From positions 32,438 through 96,437 of the forward strand of contig JAZLBS010000056.1 in the NCBI GenBank assembly GCA_045613805.1: a stretch of 64,000 nucleotides of DNA. The letters are read 5' to 3'. Below, piece after piece: positions 18,423-27,899 of the stretch (position 1 is the first letter of the stretch; every line of letters begins with the position of its first letter). The notes below the pieces were generated by a model, which was not told the origin of the DNA, did no database searches, and worked only from the letters and a program-made list of their open reading frames with translations. The DNA is from Acutalibacteraceae bacterium. Lineage in GTDB: Bacteria > Bacillota > Clostridia > Oscillospirales > Acutalibacteraceae. A program made the translations under genes and the position numbers.

Positions 18423-19486
18423 GAAATAAAAACCTTAAGAAAAGAAAAAAAGACAAGATAGCCAGGCTTATACTTGTTCTCATTATGTCTTCCATAGTTT
18501 TTTCTCTTATATCAATTTCAAGTCTTGCTCTGTTTTCGATCTACGCTGTAATCAACAAGGCTCCCTTTCTTGATATAGAAATGCTGCCCCGCCATTCCGG
18601 CACCTACTTTCTCGGCATAATAAGTATTCTGATAGGCGTTGTTCTGTCAATAATTTTCAGAAGCTATATCCTCGCCCCTCTCCAGCACGCCTATGTTGCT
18701 ATGGGAAAGGTAGCTGACGGCAACTTTGATGTAAGCGTTGAGGAAAAGGGAATCAGAACAGTACGCCGCGTTGCCCGCAGTGTAAACATCACGGCAAAGG
18801 AGCTTGGCAACATTGAAACAATGAGAGATGATTTCATAGATAACTTTTCTCACGAATTCAAAACACCCATCATCTCAATTTCAGGCTTTGCGAAAATGCT
18901 TAAGGATGCCTCTCTGAGCGAGCAGGAGCGTGAGGAATATCTGGATATAATTATTTTTGAAAGCGAAAGACTTTCAAAGCTTTCCACGGATGTACTAAAC
19001 CTGACGAGACTTCGCAATCAATCCATTGCAGCAGACAGGACAGATTACAACGTTACAGAGCAGATAAGACACGTCATTATTCTTCTCGAGCATAAATGGT
19101 CAGAAAAAAACATAACCGTCAACTTCGACTGCGACGAATATTATATTCACGCAAACAAGGAGCTTTTAGGGCAGCTTTGGATAAACCTTCTTGACAATGC
19201 GATAAAATTTTCACCTGAGAGCGCTGAAATAACTGTATGCATAAAGCAAAACGGTGACAGACTTACTTTTACCTTTGAGGATCAGGGAAAGGGTATGACC
19301 GAAGAAGAGGCAAAGCATGCCTTCGACAGATTTTTTCAGGGTGATATCAACCATAAAAACATCGGTCACGGTATAGGCCTTGCTATTTCAAAAATCATCT
19401 GCGAGCTTCACGAGGGTGACATAAAAATAGCTAAGACTGATAAAAACGGTTCTGTTTTTGAGGTTACCCTACCCTCAGAAGGCTGA
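18419..19486 (+). CDS. Sensor histidine kinase with two TM helices and a very short external loop (intramembrane-sensing type)
   Basis: ATGA start/stop overlap with the regulator gene. TM1, an ~18-aa loop, TM2, a HAMP-like segment, H-box FSHEFKTPI, and an ATPase domain (NLLDNAIKF, DQGKGM, GHGIGLAI). Confidence 0.85.
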   Translation: MRNKNLKKRKKDKIARLILVLIMSSIVFSLISISSLALFSIYAVINKAPFLDIEMLPRHSGTYFLGIISILIGVVLSIIFRSYILAPLQHAYVAMGKVADGNFDVSVEEKGIRTVRRVARSVNITAKELGNIETMRDDFIDNFSHEFKTPIISISGFAKMLKDASLSEQEREEYLDIIIFESERLSKLSTDVLNLTRLRNQSIAADRTDYNVTEQIRHVIILLEHKWSEKNITVNFDCDEYYIHANKELLGQLWINLLDNAIKFSPESAEITVCIKQNGDRLTFTFEDQGKGMTEEEAKHAFDRFFQGDINHKNIGHGIGLAISKIICELHEGDIKIAKTDKNGSVFEVTLPSEG

Positions 19487-19645
19487 TATGCAGCACACAA
19501 CACAAAGGGGCTGTAAAAAAACGCAGATCGCATAAAACAAGAAAAATAAAGGTTTTCTCGGGGATTGAAAACACCAAGAACGACTTCAGAACATATAAAA
19601 CTTTAAAATTGACAAAGAAACTGCATTTTTTGTGTTTTATGCTAT

Positions 19646-19696
19646 AAACAAACTTCGCCTCTCGGCGTACCCTTGTACGCCTTCGGTTAGTTTGTT
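19646..19696. repeat. REP-like structured intergenic motif, copy A
   Basis: TTCGCCTCTCGGCGTACCCTTGTACGCCTTCGG (19654-19686). The inner hairpin is GGCGTAC-CCTT-GTACGCC. The flanking arms AACAAACT/AGTTTGTT also pair. A closely related copy lies at 40019-40058. Confidence 0.5.
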
Positions 19697-19741
19697 CATT
19701 CTGCATCATTTTTTACAGCTACTTCTATCTATATATAAATT

Positions 19742-19774
19742 AAGGCTGACACTTCCTTATGAAGCGTCAGCCTT
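19742..19774. terminator. Bidirectional stem-loop between the convergent kinase and lipoprotein genes
   Basis: AAGGCTGAC (19742-19750) pairs with GTCAGCCTT (19766-19774). A/T runs lie on both sides. Confidence 0.6.
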
Positions 19775-19787
19775 AAATTTTTCTCTA

Positions 19788-20732
19788 TTAAAAATCCTTA
19801 TATTCAACGGAGCCGTCGGAATAAGTTATGATATAGTATCCGTGGCTTGAATCTCCGCAGTCGTAAACCGCCTGCTTTGAAACAACGGTTTTTCCGGCCT
19901 GTGTTCCTACGGTAACAAGCTTGTCAACGGGCTCTTTGGTGACTTTTTCACTTATAACCTCTTTTGAGTCTTCCTTGCCGTCAACATATTTTACCTTGTA
20001 GGTTACTTCCTTTTCGCCGTTTACACCGGCTCTTGTAACCTTCTGTGTTCCCTTCTTCATGGAAGAGCTGTTTGTCTGCTTTACCGCAAAGGGTACGGTC
20101 TCGGTTCTTGTTTCTTCTTTGTATTCGACACGCTTTACGGTAACCTTTGTGCCCTTTTTGATTTTGCTTTCAAGTTTGGGAGACACCTCATCATCCTCAT
20201 CAAGGGTTATGTTCTGCTCAGCAAGAAATTCCTTTACCGTTTTTGCAAAGGTCTGACATTTTTCTGTTTTGCCGTCAGCCTTGAGCTGTACCTGTATGCT
20301 GTTTACAAGATTAATTGTCATTCCGTCTTCAAGGAAAGATTTTTCATCAACATCAGTTCTGATGCTTTCACTAAGCTCAAAGCCTGCCTTACTGACAGCC
20401 TCGGATACTGTTGCTCCCACAAGCTCAACAATCTTTTCTTCCTTACCGTTTTTCACAGTAACCTTTGCATAACGCTTTACAGTGATTTCTGTCGCATCCT
20501 TAAGCTTTGCATCGGCTTCGGGAACAGTTTCATCCTTTTCACCTAAAGTAACCCCTGCGTTTTCAAGGATTTCTCTGACTGTCATTGATGTATTTGCTTC
20601 AACCTCTGTTGTAACATTTGCGTCAACGATCTTAATTGACACATCCTTGCCGCAGCCAGCCATACACAGTACTGCAACAGCTGCAAGCACGAGCATTGCA
20701 ATTCTTAATATCTGTCTTGTTTTTCTTTTCAT
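19788..20732 (-). CDS. Lipoprotein with DUF348 repeats and a G5 domain (YabE/Rpf-accessory-like, lacking a catalytic C-terminal domain)
   Basis: Signal peptide with lipobox (LCMAGC). Three DUF348-like repeats (..VTTEVEANTSMTVREILENAGVTLGEKDE.. and similar). G5-like segment (ETRTETVPFAVKQTNSSSMKKGTQKVTRAGVNGEKEVTYKVKYVDGKE). Confidence 0.7.
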   Translation of the reverse strand: MKRKTRQILRIAMLVLAAVAVLCMAGCGKDVSIKIVDANVTTEVEANTSMTVREILENAGVTLGEKDETVPEADAKLKDATEITVKRYAKVTVKNGKEEKIVELVGATVSEAVSKAGFELSESIRTDVDEKSFLEDGMTINLVNSIQVQLKADGKTEKCQTFAKTVKEFLAEQNITLDEDDEVSPKLESKIKKGTKVTVKRVEYKEETRTETVPFAVKQTNSSSMKKGTQKVTRAGVNGEKEVTYKVKYVDGKEDSKEVISEKVTKEPVDKLVTVGTQAGKTVVSKQAVYDCGDSSHGYYIITYSDGSVEYKDF

Positions 20733-20748
20733 TTTAATTACCTCTCTT

Positions 20749-22179
20749 TTAAATTTCGACCTGTAAAACCTCGGTACTTACACTCTTTGTAGAAATGTAT
20801 CCGTCACCGTTTTTAATTACAAGGCTTATTTCTACCGACTCACTACTTATATATTCCGAGGGAATATACGCCTGAAAACGGTAATCGGAGCTGTCATCTG
20901 AAACGGTAAAGGCTTCAAATGCAGCTTCACTGCTTTCGCCGTCTCTGACAACAACAGTAAATTCACTGTCCCGGCTGCAGATTTCACTGTCCGCAGCTCC
21001 TGTTACACTTATATACTGCATATTGACAGGTGAAACCTCTGCCTTTACATCAGATAATCCTGCCTCGTTTTTTTCTGTCTCAGGGATTACTGTCATCTCT
21101 GAAGGGATAACGGGAGGATTTTTTGCAAACCAGTCAAGATTACGCTCGGCAATTACAAAAACCACCGTATCGCTCTGCTGAATCTGTGTTTCCAATGCAA
21201 GATTTACAGGGAAGGCCTTTGTAAAATATGCAGAATTATAAGCATTTGCAAAAAAGGGCAATAAAGCATTACCGAAGGAATCACGGTACATGTAAAGTCT
21301 GCCCTCTTCCTTGTTGTTTTCGGTTATTATTATAGCCTCTTCAACACTCTTTGTGGGAGTGACATAAGAATAACCGTACTGAATATCATATTCGTAATTA
21401 TACTCGGGCTTCTGAGTTGACGGATAAAGCATATTACCCAGGTCACCGTAAAAATTCTTTGTTCTGACAGCCTTTGCATCAGAGTAATCGTTATGCTCCT
21501 TGCCGATACTGTCAAGAACAGTGTTATATGCTATCAGTGCACCCTTGTTGTTCCAATGGGAATCCTGCTGATGGTAAAGAGCTTCGTCCGAATCAGAAAG
21601 TGCAGAAAGAACATCACAGTAGTTGAGACTGCTTTTTTCAAGCATTGCAGTAAAATTGCTGAGATTTCTTTTGTCGCTTTCTTTCTTGCCGTAGTAAGAA
21701 GGCATATATTCGGGATAGAGAGTGTTTTTATTTGGTGCAACAGTAAACATAAACTCAATATCATTCTCACTGAGATATTCCTGAACCCTTTCAAGATTAT
21801 GTACGGTATTGAACAGTGCACGTTCCGACATAAGATTTCTTCCGAGGAAGTTATCAAGGGTAGAGGAATAAAAAAGCCAACCGTCCTTACCCACTACAAC
21901 CGAATTAAGATTTGATGTGCCGAAAAGCTTTGACTGAATTTCTGCATCGGCTGAAATAATCTGCGGTCTGAATGCATAATGGGTCGAAAAGTAATCACCA
22001 AGCTGCTGCATAAACTGTCCGTTGAAGGTTCCGTCCTCTTTTTTAAGAGAGGGAAAGACTGTCTGCTGCTCATTTCCTATAGCTTCATTACTCGGAGCAA
22101 AGGTCATTCCGACAAAAGGAAGAACACATACTGCCAAACATACAACCGTAAAGATTAATGAAAGTATTTTATTTTTCAT
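20749..22179 (-). CDS. AlgX/AlgJ-like (DHHW-type, SGNH-like) extracytoplasmic O-acyltransferase partner protein
   Basis: N-terminal signal anchor. D-S-H-W motif (YHQQDSHWNNKGA), characteristic of the AlgJ/AlgX/DHHW family. Sits 15 nt downstream of an MBOAT gene. Confidence 0.65.
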   Translation of the reverse strand: MKNKILSLIFTVVCLAVCVLPFVGMTFAPSNEAIGNEQQTVFPSLKKEDGTFNGQFMQQLGDYFSTHYAFRPQIISADAEIQSKLFGTSNLNSVVVGKDGWLFYSSTLDNFLGRNLMSERALFNTVHNLERVQEYLSENDIEFMFTVAPNKNTLYPEYMPSYYGKKESDKRNLSNFTAMLEKSSLNYCDVLSALSDSDEALYHQQDSHWNNKGALIAYNTVLDSIGKEHNDYSDAKAVRTKNFYGDLGNMLYPSTQKPEYNYEYDIQYGYSYVTPTKSVEEAIIITENNKEEGRLYMYRDSFGNALLPFFANAYNSAYFTKAFPVNLALETQIQQSDTVVFVIAERNLDWFAKNPPVIPSEMTVIPETEKNEAGLSDVKAEVSPVNMQYISVTGAADSEICSRDSEFTVVVRDGESSEAAFEAFTVSDDSSDYRFQAYIPSEYISSESVEISLVIKNGDGYISTKSVSTEVLQVEI

Positions 22180-22194
22180 ACTGATACATCCCCC

Positions 22195-23610
22195 TTAAAA
22201 TCTGAAGTATATGAACGGATTGTAGGATGTACCCGACAGTCTTACTATGCAGCACAAAAGAAGTGCAAATGAGAAGGCGTAGAGAACTGCCTGAACTGCT
22301 GTCTGTCTGCTTGCCGTAAGCTGAGCAGCTTTTTCCCTGAATGTATCTGTAACTGCCCTGACGGGAGCACAGCAGAAAACTGCCACGGCAAGAACCGCAA
22401 TGAACCAGGGAGTAAGCTGAGCAATAAAAAGTGAAACAGATTCAGCTGAAGCATCAAAGCCCGTGAACATATTACCTATAAAATCAAAGCCCTGAGTAAT
22501 AGTCTCCGCTCTGAAAATAACAAAGCCGACTGTCACTGCAAGCAAGGTATATATGTTACCGATTGCCTTCGGAAGCTTTTTGAAAGCAGGAACAAATTCT
22601 TCGAGCAGAAGAAAAAGTCCGTGATATATTCCCCACAGAACAAAGGTCCAGCTTGCGCCGTGCCAGAGACCTGTGCAGAAAAAGACTATAAGTCTGTTGA
22701 TAACTGTTCTTGCTTTTCCCTTACGGTTACCGCCGAGAGGAATGTAAAGATATTCCTTGAACCAGGTTGAAAGAGATATATGCCACCTTCTCCAGAAATC
22801 CTGAACGCTGACTGCACCGTAGGGATAATTGAAGTTTTCCTTGAAGTCGAAGCCGAACATTTTTCCGAGACCGATAGCCATATCTGAATAACCCGAGAAG
22901 TCATAATAAATCTGGAACAGATAAGCTATGGCACCAAGCCAGGCTGTAAGCACCGACAGATAGCTCTCTTCTGCCGAAAAAACTATATCTGCAACCTGTC
23001 CCATTGTATTTGCAATAAGTACCTTCTTTGCAAGACCAAAGATGAAGCGTCTTAAGCCTTCGCCGATTTTTTCCGCGCTCTGCTTTCTGTCGCAAATCTG
23101 CTCGTTTACATCTCTGTACTTTACGATAGGGCCCGCAATAAGCTGAGGGAAGAAGGATATGTAAAGCAGAACGTAGAAGAAATTCTTCTGCGGCTCAACA
23201 TTTTTACGGTAAACATCTATTACATAAGAAAGTGCCTGAAAGGTAAAGAATGAAATGCCGATAGGAAGTCTTATTTCCGGCACAGGAAGCGAAAGTCCCG
23301 TTATACCGTTGACCGTTTCCGTAAAAAATCCTGCATATTTGAACACGGCAAGCATTCCGAGATTTATAACCACTGCCAAAGCAATAAATGCCTTACCTCT
23401 TTTTTCTGACGTTACGAGCCGTGCGCAAACATAGTTCACCAACGAGCTCAATATCATCAGTCCCACATATACAGGCTCACCGTAAGCATAAAACAGAAGG
23501 CTTGCCGCAATAAGAAGTCCGTTTCTGAATTTCAGCGACGGCACTGCTGTGTAGAGCAAAAATACCGCCGGCAGAAACACACACAAAAACGTCAATGAAC
23601 TGAAAACCAT
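22195..23610 (-). CDS. MBOAT-family membrane-bound O-acyltransferase (AlgI/DltB/PatA-like)
   Basis: Polytopic membrane protein with conserved MBOAT His regions (FWRRWHISLSTWFKEYLYIPLGGNR; GLWHGASW). Confidence 0.8.
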   Translation of the reverse strand: MVFSSLTFLCVFLPAVFLLYTAVPSLKFRNGLLIAASLLFYAYGEPVYVGLMILSSLVNYVCARLVTSEKRGKAFIALAVVINLGMLAVFKYAGFFTETVNGITGLSLPVPEIRLPIGISFFTFQALSYVIDVYRKNVEPQKNFFYVLLYISFFPQLIAGPIVKYRDVNEQICDRKQSAEKIGEGLRRFIFGLAKKVLIANTMGQVADIVFSAEESYLSVLTAWLGAIAYLFQIYYDFSGYSDMAIGLGKMFGFDFKENFNYPYGAVSVQDFWRRWHISLSTWFKEYLYIPLGGNRKGKARTVINRLIVFFCTGLWHGASWTFVLWGIYHGLFLLLEEFVPAFKKLPKAIGNIYTLLAVTVGFVIFRAETITQGFDFIGNMFTGFDASAESVSLFIAQLTPWFIAVLAVAVFCCAPVRAVTDTFREKAAQLTASRQTAVQAVLYAFSFALLLCCIVRLSGTSYNPFIYFRF

Positions 23611-23634
23611 TTTTAAAGTCCGCCTTAATAAATT

Positions 23635-26349
23635 TTATTTAACCTTTATATACATCCAGTCTACTTCCTTTTTAAAAGCATTCTTGTAGTTAGGATCCTT
23701 TGTTGTCTCATAATCAAGACCGAAGTAGGTGTGATTCTTGTAATGTCTGCCCCATTCGGGATCATAAACAAGACCGTCAATCTCTGCCCATCCGTGACCG
23801 CCGCTGTTACACAGATAAACCTCTTCATAGCCTATGGCCTTTGCCATATATGCAAATGCCGCCGCATAGCTGAAACAGTTACCCGCACCGCGGATAAACA
23901 TATCGTTGGCATAAACAATGGGCCAGTCCAATCCCTTATAGTGGGGTGTTCTCGGTCTGAGCTCGATGTAATTCTTCTGACTGTAATCAAAGCAGGCCTT
24001 AAGCTTCTTTTCCTTTGACATTTCGGGCTTTGTTACCTTAGCAACCTCTTTTGCCGCAGAGTACAGCACCTTATCGGACTGAGTCGAAACCTTTTTTGCC
24101 TTTCCGTTGCTTACAATCCACTTTTTACCCTTATATTCGATGCCGTCAACATAATTCATATTGATTACACCGTTTTTGTCAGCATAATACCAGCCGTCCT
24201 TATCAGAACCTACTATGCCGTTTTTCTTTATGTTTCCGTCCGAATCAAAATAGTAGGTCTTGCCGTCAATTTTCTGCAAGCCGCTGCGATATACACCCTG
24301 ATTGAAATTATACTTCTTTCCGCCGACCTTTATCTCACCGTGAGCGAGCTTTCCTCCAAGATAATACTTTGTCTCTTCAGAGCATACGCTTATATACTTT
24401 TTATTCTTGTCAAGACAGCGTATACCGTAGCAGTAAGCCTTATTCTTTTCGGCAGAGGTGTCGGTATAGGATGTACCTGAAGTTACATCCGCAAGCTTTT
24501 CCCATGAGGAGCCGAGAGCTCTTCTGAATACTCTGTAGCCTGAAGCAGCCTTAACTGCCTTCCATTCAATCACAAAGCCTGCATCTGTCTGAGAAGCCTT
24601 TGTAATTTTCTGAGGTGCTGTGTAAAGAGCTGATTTACCCTTTTCAGCACCGCTGACAGCCTTACCCTTACTGTCAAGACACTTTATTCTGTAGGTATAA
24701 GATTTACCGTTTTTTACATCCTTATGGGTATAGCTTGAAGATTTTGTATCTCCGAGCTTCTGCCATTTACCCTTACTGTCAAGAAGATAAACCGCATAAG
24801 CTGAGGCACCCTTGCTCTTTTCCCAGCTGAGCTTTATGCCGGAAGCTGTATTTTCGAATTTTTTAATTACGGGAGCCTTGATGTATCTGACACTCTTTTC
24901 TGTACCTGCAACGGAAATAACCTTTCCGTTTTTATCAAGACATTTCACTCTGTAGGTATACTTTTCGCCCGAAGCAACATTCTTATCGGTAAAAGAGCCC
25001 GTCTTTGATGTTCCGATGCTTTTCCATGAGGAAGAGCCGTTTTTTCTGTAAATCCTGTAAGAAGCAGCACCCTTGAGCTTATTCCATTTAATTTCGGTTC
25101 CGCCTCTTACAGATGTCACGGATGAAACAGCGGGTGCCTTGACAAAAACATTTGCCGTACCGTCTTTGTCGTAACCGCCCACAGCCTTTTTCTTTGAATC
25201 AAGACATCTTACTCTGTATGTATATGTCTTACCTGAGCTGAGCTTTTTGTGGGTATAAGAGGTTGACTTTGTCTCGCCGAGCTTTTTCCACTTCTTGTTG
25301 CTGTCGAGAAGATAAACCGCATAAGAAGAAGCGCCCTCACTCTTTTCCCACTTGATTTTTGTGTCTGTAGATGTATTTTCGAATTTTGTGATTACGGGAG
25401 CCTTGATGTGCTTAAGGCTTTTGCTTGTGCTCATAACACTTACAAGCTTTCCGTTTTTGTCAATACATCTTACGGCATAATAATATTTTTTGCCGGATTT
25501 TGCTTTTTTGTCAGTAAAGGATGCTCCCTTGGAGGTTCCTGCCTTTGTCCATGAAGAGCCTTCTGTTTTTCTGTAAACGCTGTAAGCCGAAGCACCCTTA
25601 AGTGCCTTCCATTCAACCCTTACTCCGCTTTCAACACTCTTTACTGCGGATATTACGGGAGCCTTAAGAAAGACATTACTTGTGCCGTCCTCATCGTAAG
25701 CACTGACAGCCTTTTTCTTTGAATCAAGGCATCTTACTGTGTATGTATATGTCTTACCTGAGCTGAGCTTTTTGTGTGTATAAGAGGTTGATTTTGTCTC
25801 ACCGAGCTTTTTCCAGCTTTTATTGCTGTCGAGAAGATAAACCGCATAAGAGGAAGCACCCTCGCTCTTTGACCAGGTAATTTTAGTACCTGTTGCGGTG
25901 TTTTCAAGCTTTGTGATAACCGGTGCTTTTATGTATTTTATATTCTTAGCCTGACCGTTACCGCTTGCAAAACCTCCCGTTGCATCAATACATCTTATGC
26001 TGTAGCTGTAGGTCTGACCGGACTTTGCACCTTTATCAGTATAGGTCGTAGCGGCTGACCTTCCTATCTGAACCCAGGCAGAGGCACCCGCTTTTCTGTA
26101 TATTTCGTATTCTGCCGCACCCTCTGCTGCATTCCAGCTTATTCTTACACCGTCAACGGTGTTTTCTGCCTTAAGCACTGCAGGTGCAATAAGCTGAACC
26201 GTCTCATTCTCCTGAACGGTGACGGCTGTTGTTGACACAACCTCTGAGGGTATTTCCTCAGCTGATACATATGTTCCCATAACAGCGCCCGAAAGAAGAA
26301 CGGTAACAGCAAAGGTACCGATTGCAGTCTTGAAAAATCTGAGTTTCAT
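23635..26349 (-). CDS. Secreted 904-aa protein: seven Fn3-like repeats, cell-wall-binding repeats and a C-terminal transglutaminase-like cysteine peptidase domain
   Basis: Signal peptide. Seven ~87-aa repeats. CW_binding-type repeats (GKTYYFDSDGNIKKNGIV..GWYYADKNGV). Transglutaminase-core-like motif GAGNCFSYAAAFAYMAKAIGY...GGHGWAEIDGLVYDPE (Cys, His, Asp). Confidence 0.75.
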   Translation of the reverse strand: MKLRFFKTAIGTFAVTVLLSGAVMGTYVSAEEIPSEVVSTTAVTVQENETVQLIAPAVLKAENTVDGVRISWNAAEGAAEYEIYRKAGASAWVQIGRSAATTYTDKGAKSGQTYSYSIRCIDATGGFASGNGQAKNIKYIKAPVITKLENTATGTKITWSKSEGASSYAVYLLDSNKSWKKLGETKSTSYTHKKLSSGKTYTYTVRCLDSKKKAVSAYDEDGTSNVFLKAPVISAVKSVESGVRVEWKALKGASAYSVYRKTEGSSWTKAGTSKGASFTDKKAKSGKKYYYAVRCIDKNGKLVSVMSTSKSLKHIKAPVITKFENTSTDTKIKWEKSEGASSYAVYLLDSNKKWKKLGETKSTSYTHKKLSSGKTYTYRVRCLDSKKKAVGGYDKDGTANVFVKAPAVSSVTSVRGGTEIKWNKLKGAASYRIYRKNGSSSWKSIGTSKTGSFTDKNVASGEKYTYRVKCLDKNGKVISVAGTEKSVRYIKAPVIKKFENTASGIKLSWEKSKGASAYAVYLLDSKGKWQKLGDTKSSSYTHKDVKNGKSYTYRIKCLDSKGKAVSGAEKGKSALYTAPQKITKASQTDAGFVIEWKAVKAASGYRVFRRALGSSWEKLADVTSGTSYTDTSAEKNKAYCYGIRCLDKNKKYISVCSEETKYYLGGKLAHGEIKVGGKKYNFNQGVYRSGLQKIDGKTYYFDSDGNIKKNGIVGSDKDGWYYADKNGVINMNYVDGIEYKGKKWIVSNGKAKKVSTQSDKVLYSAAKEVAKVTKPEMSKEKKLKACFDYSQKNYIELRPRTPHYKGLDWPIVYANDMFIRGAGNCFSYAAAFAYMAKAIGYEEVYLCNSGGHGWAEIDGLVYDPEWGRHYKNHTYFGLDYETTKDPNYKNAFKKEVDWMYIKVK
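24370..26190 (-). repeat. Seven tandem ~260-bp coding repeats (Fn3-like), alternating between two subtypes
   Basis: Subtype 1: AP-x-[IV]-x-x-[VL]-x-S/N..W..L.GA..Y.[VI]YRK...SW...G.S...SFTD...SG.KY.Y.V.C.DKNGK. Subtype 2: APVI[TK]K[LF]ENT..G.K[IL].W.KS.GAS.YAVYLLDS...W.KLG.TKS.SYTHK...GK.YTY.[VI].CLDSK. There are long near-identical DNA stretches, for example about 25221-25330 against about 25746-25855. Confidence 0.8.
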
Positions 26350-26528
26350 TAAAACACATCCTTTGTATTATAAAGGCAGAAAAAATGATATCTGCCTCCG
26401 ACTTTATATAAGTAATTTATTATATCATTTACATATTTAATCGTCAATATTTTTAATGAATTAAGTTGCATTAACCTTCCGAATTATATTATTTTCTCAG
26501 CAACAAATTTTTCAATCAGCAAAAATTA

Positions 26529-26567
26529 AACAGATGTGCCTCGGCAAAAAGCCTTAACACATCTGTT
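26529..26567. terminator. Stem-loop downstream of the PLC-like gene
   Basis: AACAGATGTG (26529-26538) pairs with CACATCTGTT (26558-26567). T/A runs lie on both sides. Confidence 0.6.
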
Positions 26568-26601
26568 TTGCTTTTAATTGTGTGCTTATCTATTGGTTTA
26601 T

Positions 26602-27750
26602 TTACTTAAGAAGCTTCACCGTATAGCCGTCAAAGGTGTAGGTGTGCTCCCACATTCTCACTGAACGGGGAGGATAATCTGTTGTTATTATGTGTGAGCC
26701 GCAGCTGTTGGCATAATTATATCTTTCATCACTGAAATTCGGATAACTGTCAGCACGTGTTCTTACCATAAGATTTTTTTCAGCGATTATTACAGGGTTG
26801 TTTCTGACCGCACTTTCAGGCTCATTGTCAATGATAAAAGCTGCATAATCCTTATCGGCATCCTCGGTTCTGAGAACGGGAAACATTGCCCTTTCTGTTT
26901 TCTCTTCACCGTCTATGTATTCCTGCGTCACATCACAGGGATGAAGAAGCACAATAAATTTTCCCGAAGCCTTTTTCAGCTCAGGCCATCCGTCAGCCTC
27001 TCTCATTTCCTTAAAGCTTCCGTAATCACCCAGCACCTGTGCAGGCGTCATCATTCTTTCACCTAAAATATCACTTAGTATAATATCTATCCTGCGGGCA
27101 TATTCAGCTGTGAAGTTTTTCTTGTTACTTATCGCAGGCACATCGCTTTTAGGTTCAATAAGCAGATATACCGGCAGATGACCGGGATTATTATCCGACC
27201 ACAGCACAATCTCTTCAAGCCCCTTTGCAAAATCGTATGCACTTGAAGCATTATCCGTTACAGGGTTATGCTCAACAACAAAGCTGACGTCCCTTCCGTC
27301 GTCCACTGTTATAACATCAATTTCAAGATTTCTGATTCCCTTTTCCAGCTGTTCGGTATATGTTTCCATTTCAAAATCACGCTTTCTGCCCTTCTCGCCC
27401 CCGGAAAGCACATTACGAACCTTTTCAAGAAAACGCTTCTGCGGCGTGGCAAGGGTCTGATAACTGTTATGAGTACCTATAACCGAGATTTCATTGATTT
27501 TCACTCCTTCAGAAATTGCTTCTTCTATGTTGAAATCAGCAAAGCTCTGCTCATTACAGGGAGTATAGGAATCACTGTAATATTCCGTTTTAAGATATTC
27601 AAGATGCCTGTCCTGATATTCAATGTTTTTTCCCGGCTGCATAAAGCCCGCAGCATACATTGCCAGGTTAAGCAGTCCGTAAATTATTGCAGGACACAAA
27701 ACGGCAGTCATGCAGGCTATAAGAGTAATTTTCACCTTTCTGTTTTTCAT
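26602..27750 (-). CDS. PLC-like phosphodiesterase (PI-PLC X-domain-like), membrane-anchored or secreted
   Basis: N-terminal hydrophobic anchor. ..ISVIGTHNSYQ.. resembles the catalytic His motif of bacterial PI-PLC-type phosphodiesterases. The assignment rests on this motif and on size only. Confidence 0.45.
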   Translation of the reverse strand: MKNRKVKITLIACMTAVLCPAIIYGLLNLAMYAAGFMQPGKNIEYQDRHLEYLKTEYYSDSYTPCNEQSFADFNIEEAISEGVKINEISVIGTHNSYQTLATPQKRFLEKVRNVLSGGEKGRKRDFEMETYTEQLEKGIRNLEIDVITVDDGRDVSFVVEHNPVTDNASSAYDFAKGLEEIVLWSDNNPGHLPVYLLIEPKSDVPAISNKKNFTAEYARRIDIILSDILGERMMTPAQVLGDYGSFKEMREADGWPELKKASGKFIVLLHPCDVTQEYIDGEEKTERAMFPVLRTEDADKDYAAFIIDNEPESAVRNNPVIIAEKNLMVRTRADSYPNFSDERYNYANSCGSHIITTDYPPRSVRMWEHTYTFDGYTVKLLK

Positions 27751-27899
27751 ATTTCATTCTCCTGTATTTTTAAAATTAGGTTTCTACGGATATTATACAG
27801 TAACATAATACTTTTATCAATGGATAACACAAAAAACAGAAGACAGCCCCAAACAGACTTAATTTCTGCGGGGCTGACAACAGGATTCTCCCTTAGCTT

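Noticed and set aside
17748-19486. Calling the two-component pair a BceRS/bacitracin-type peptide-antibiotic module
   Set aside because: The defining BceAB-type ABC transporter is not adjacent. Only the short-loop kinase architecture is shared, so no specific assignment was made.
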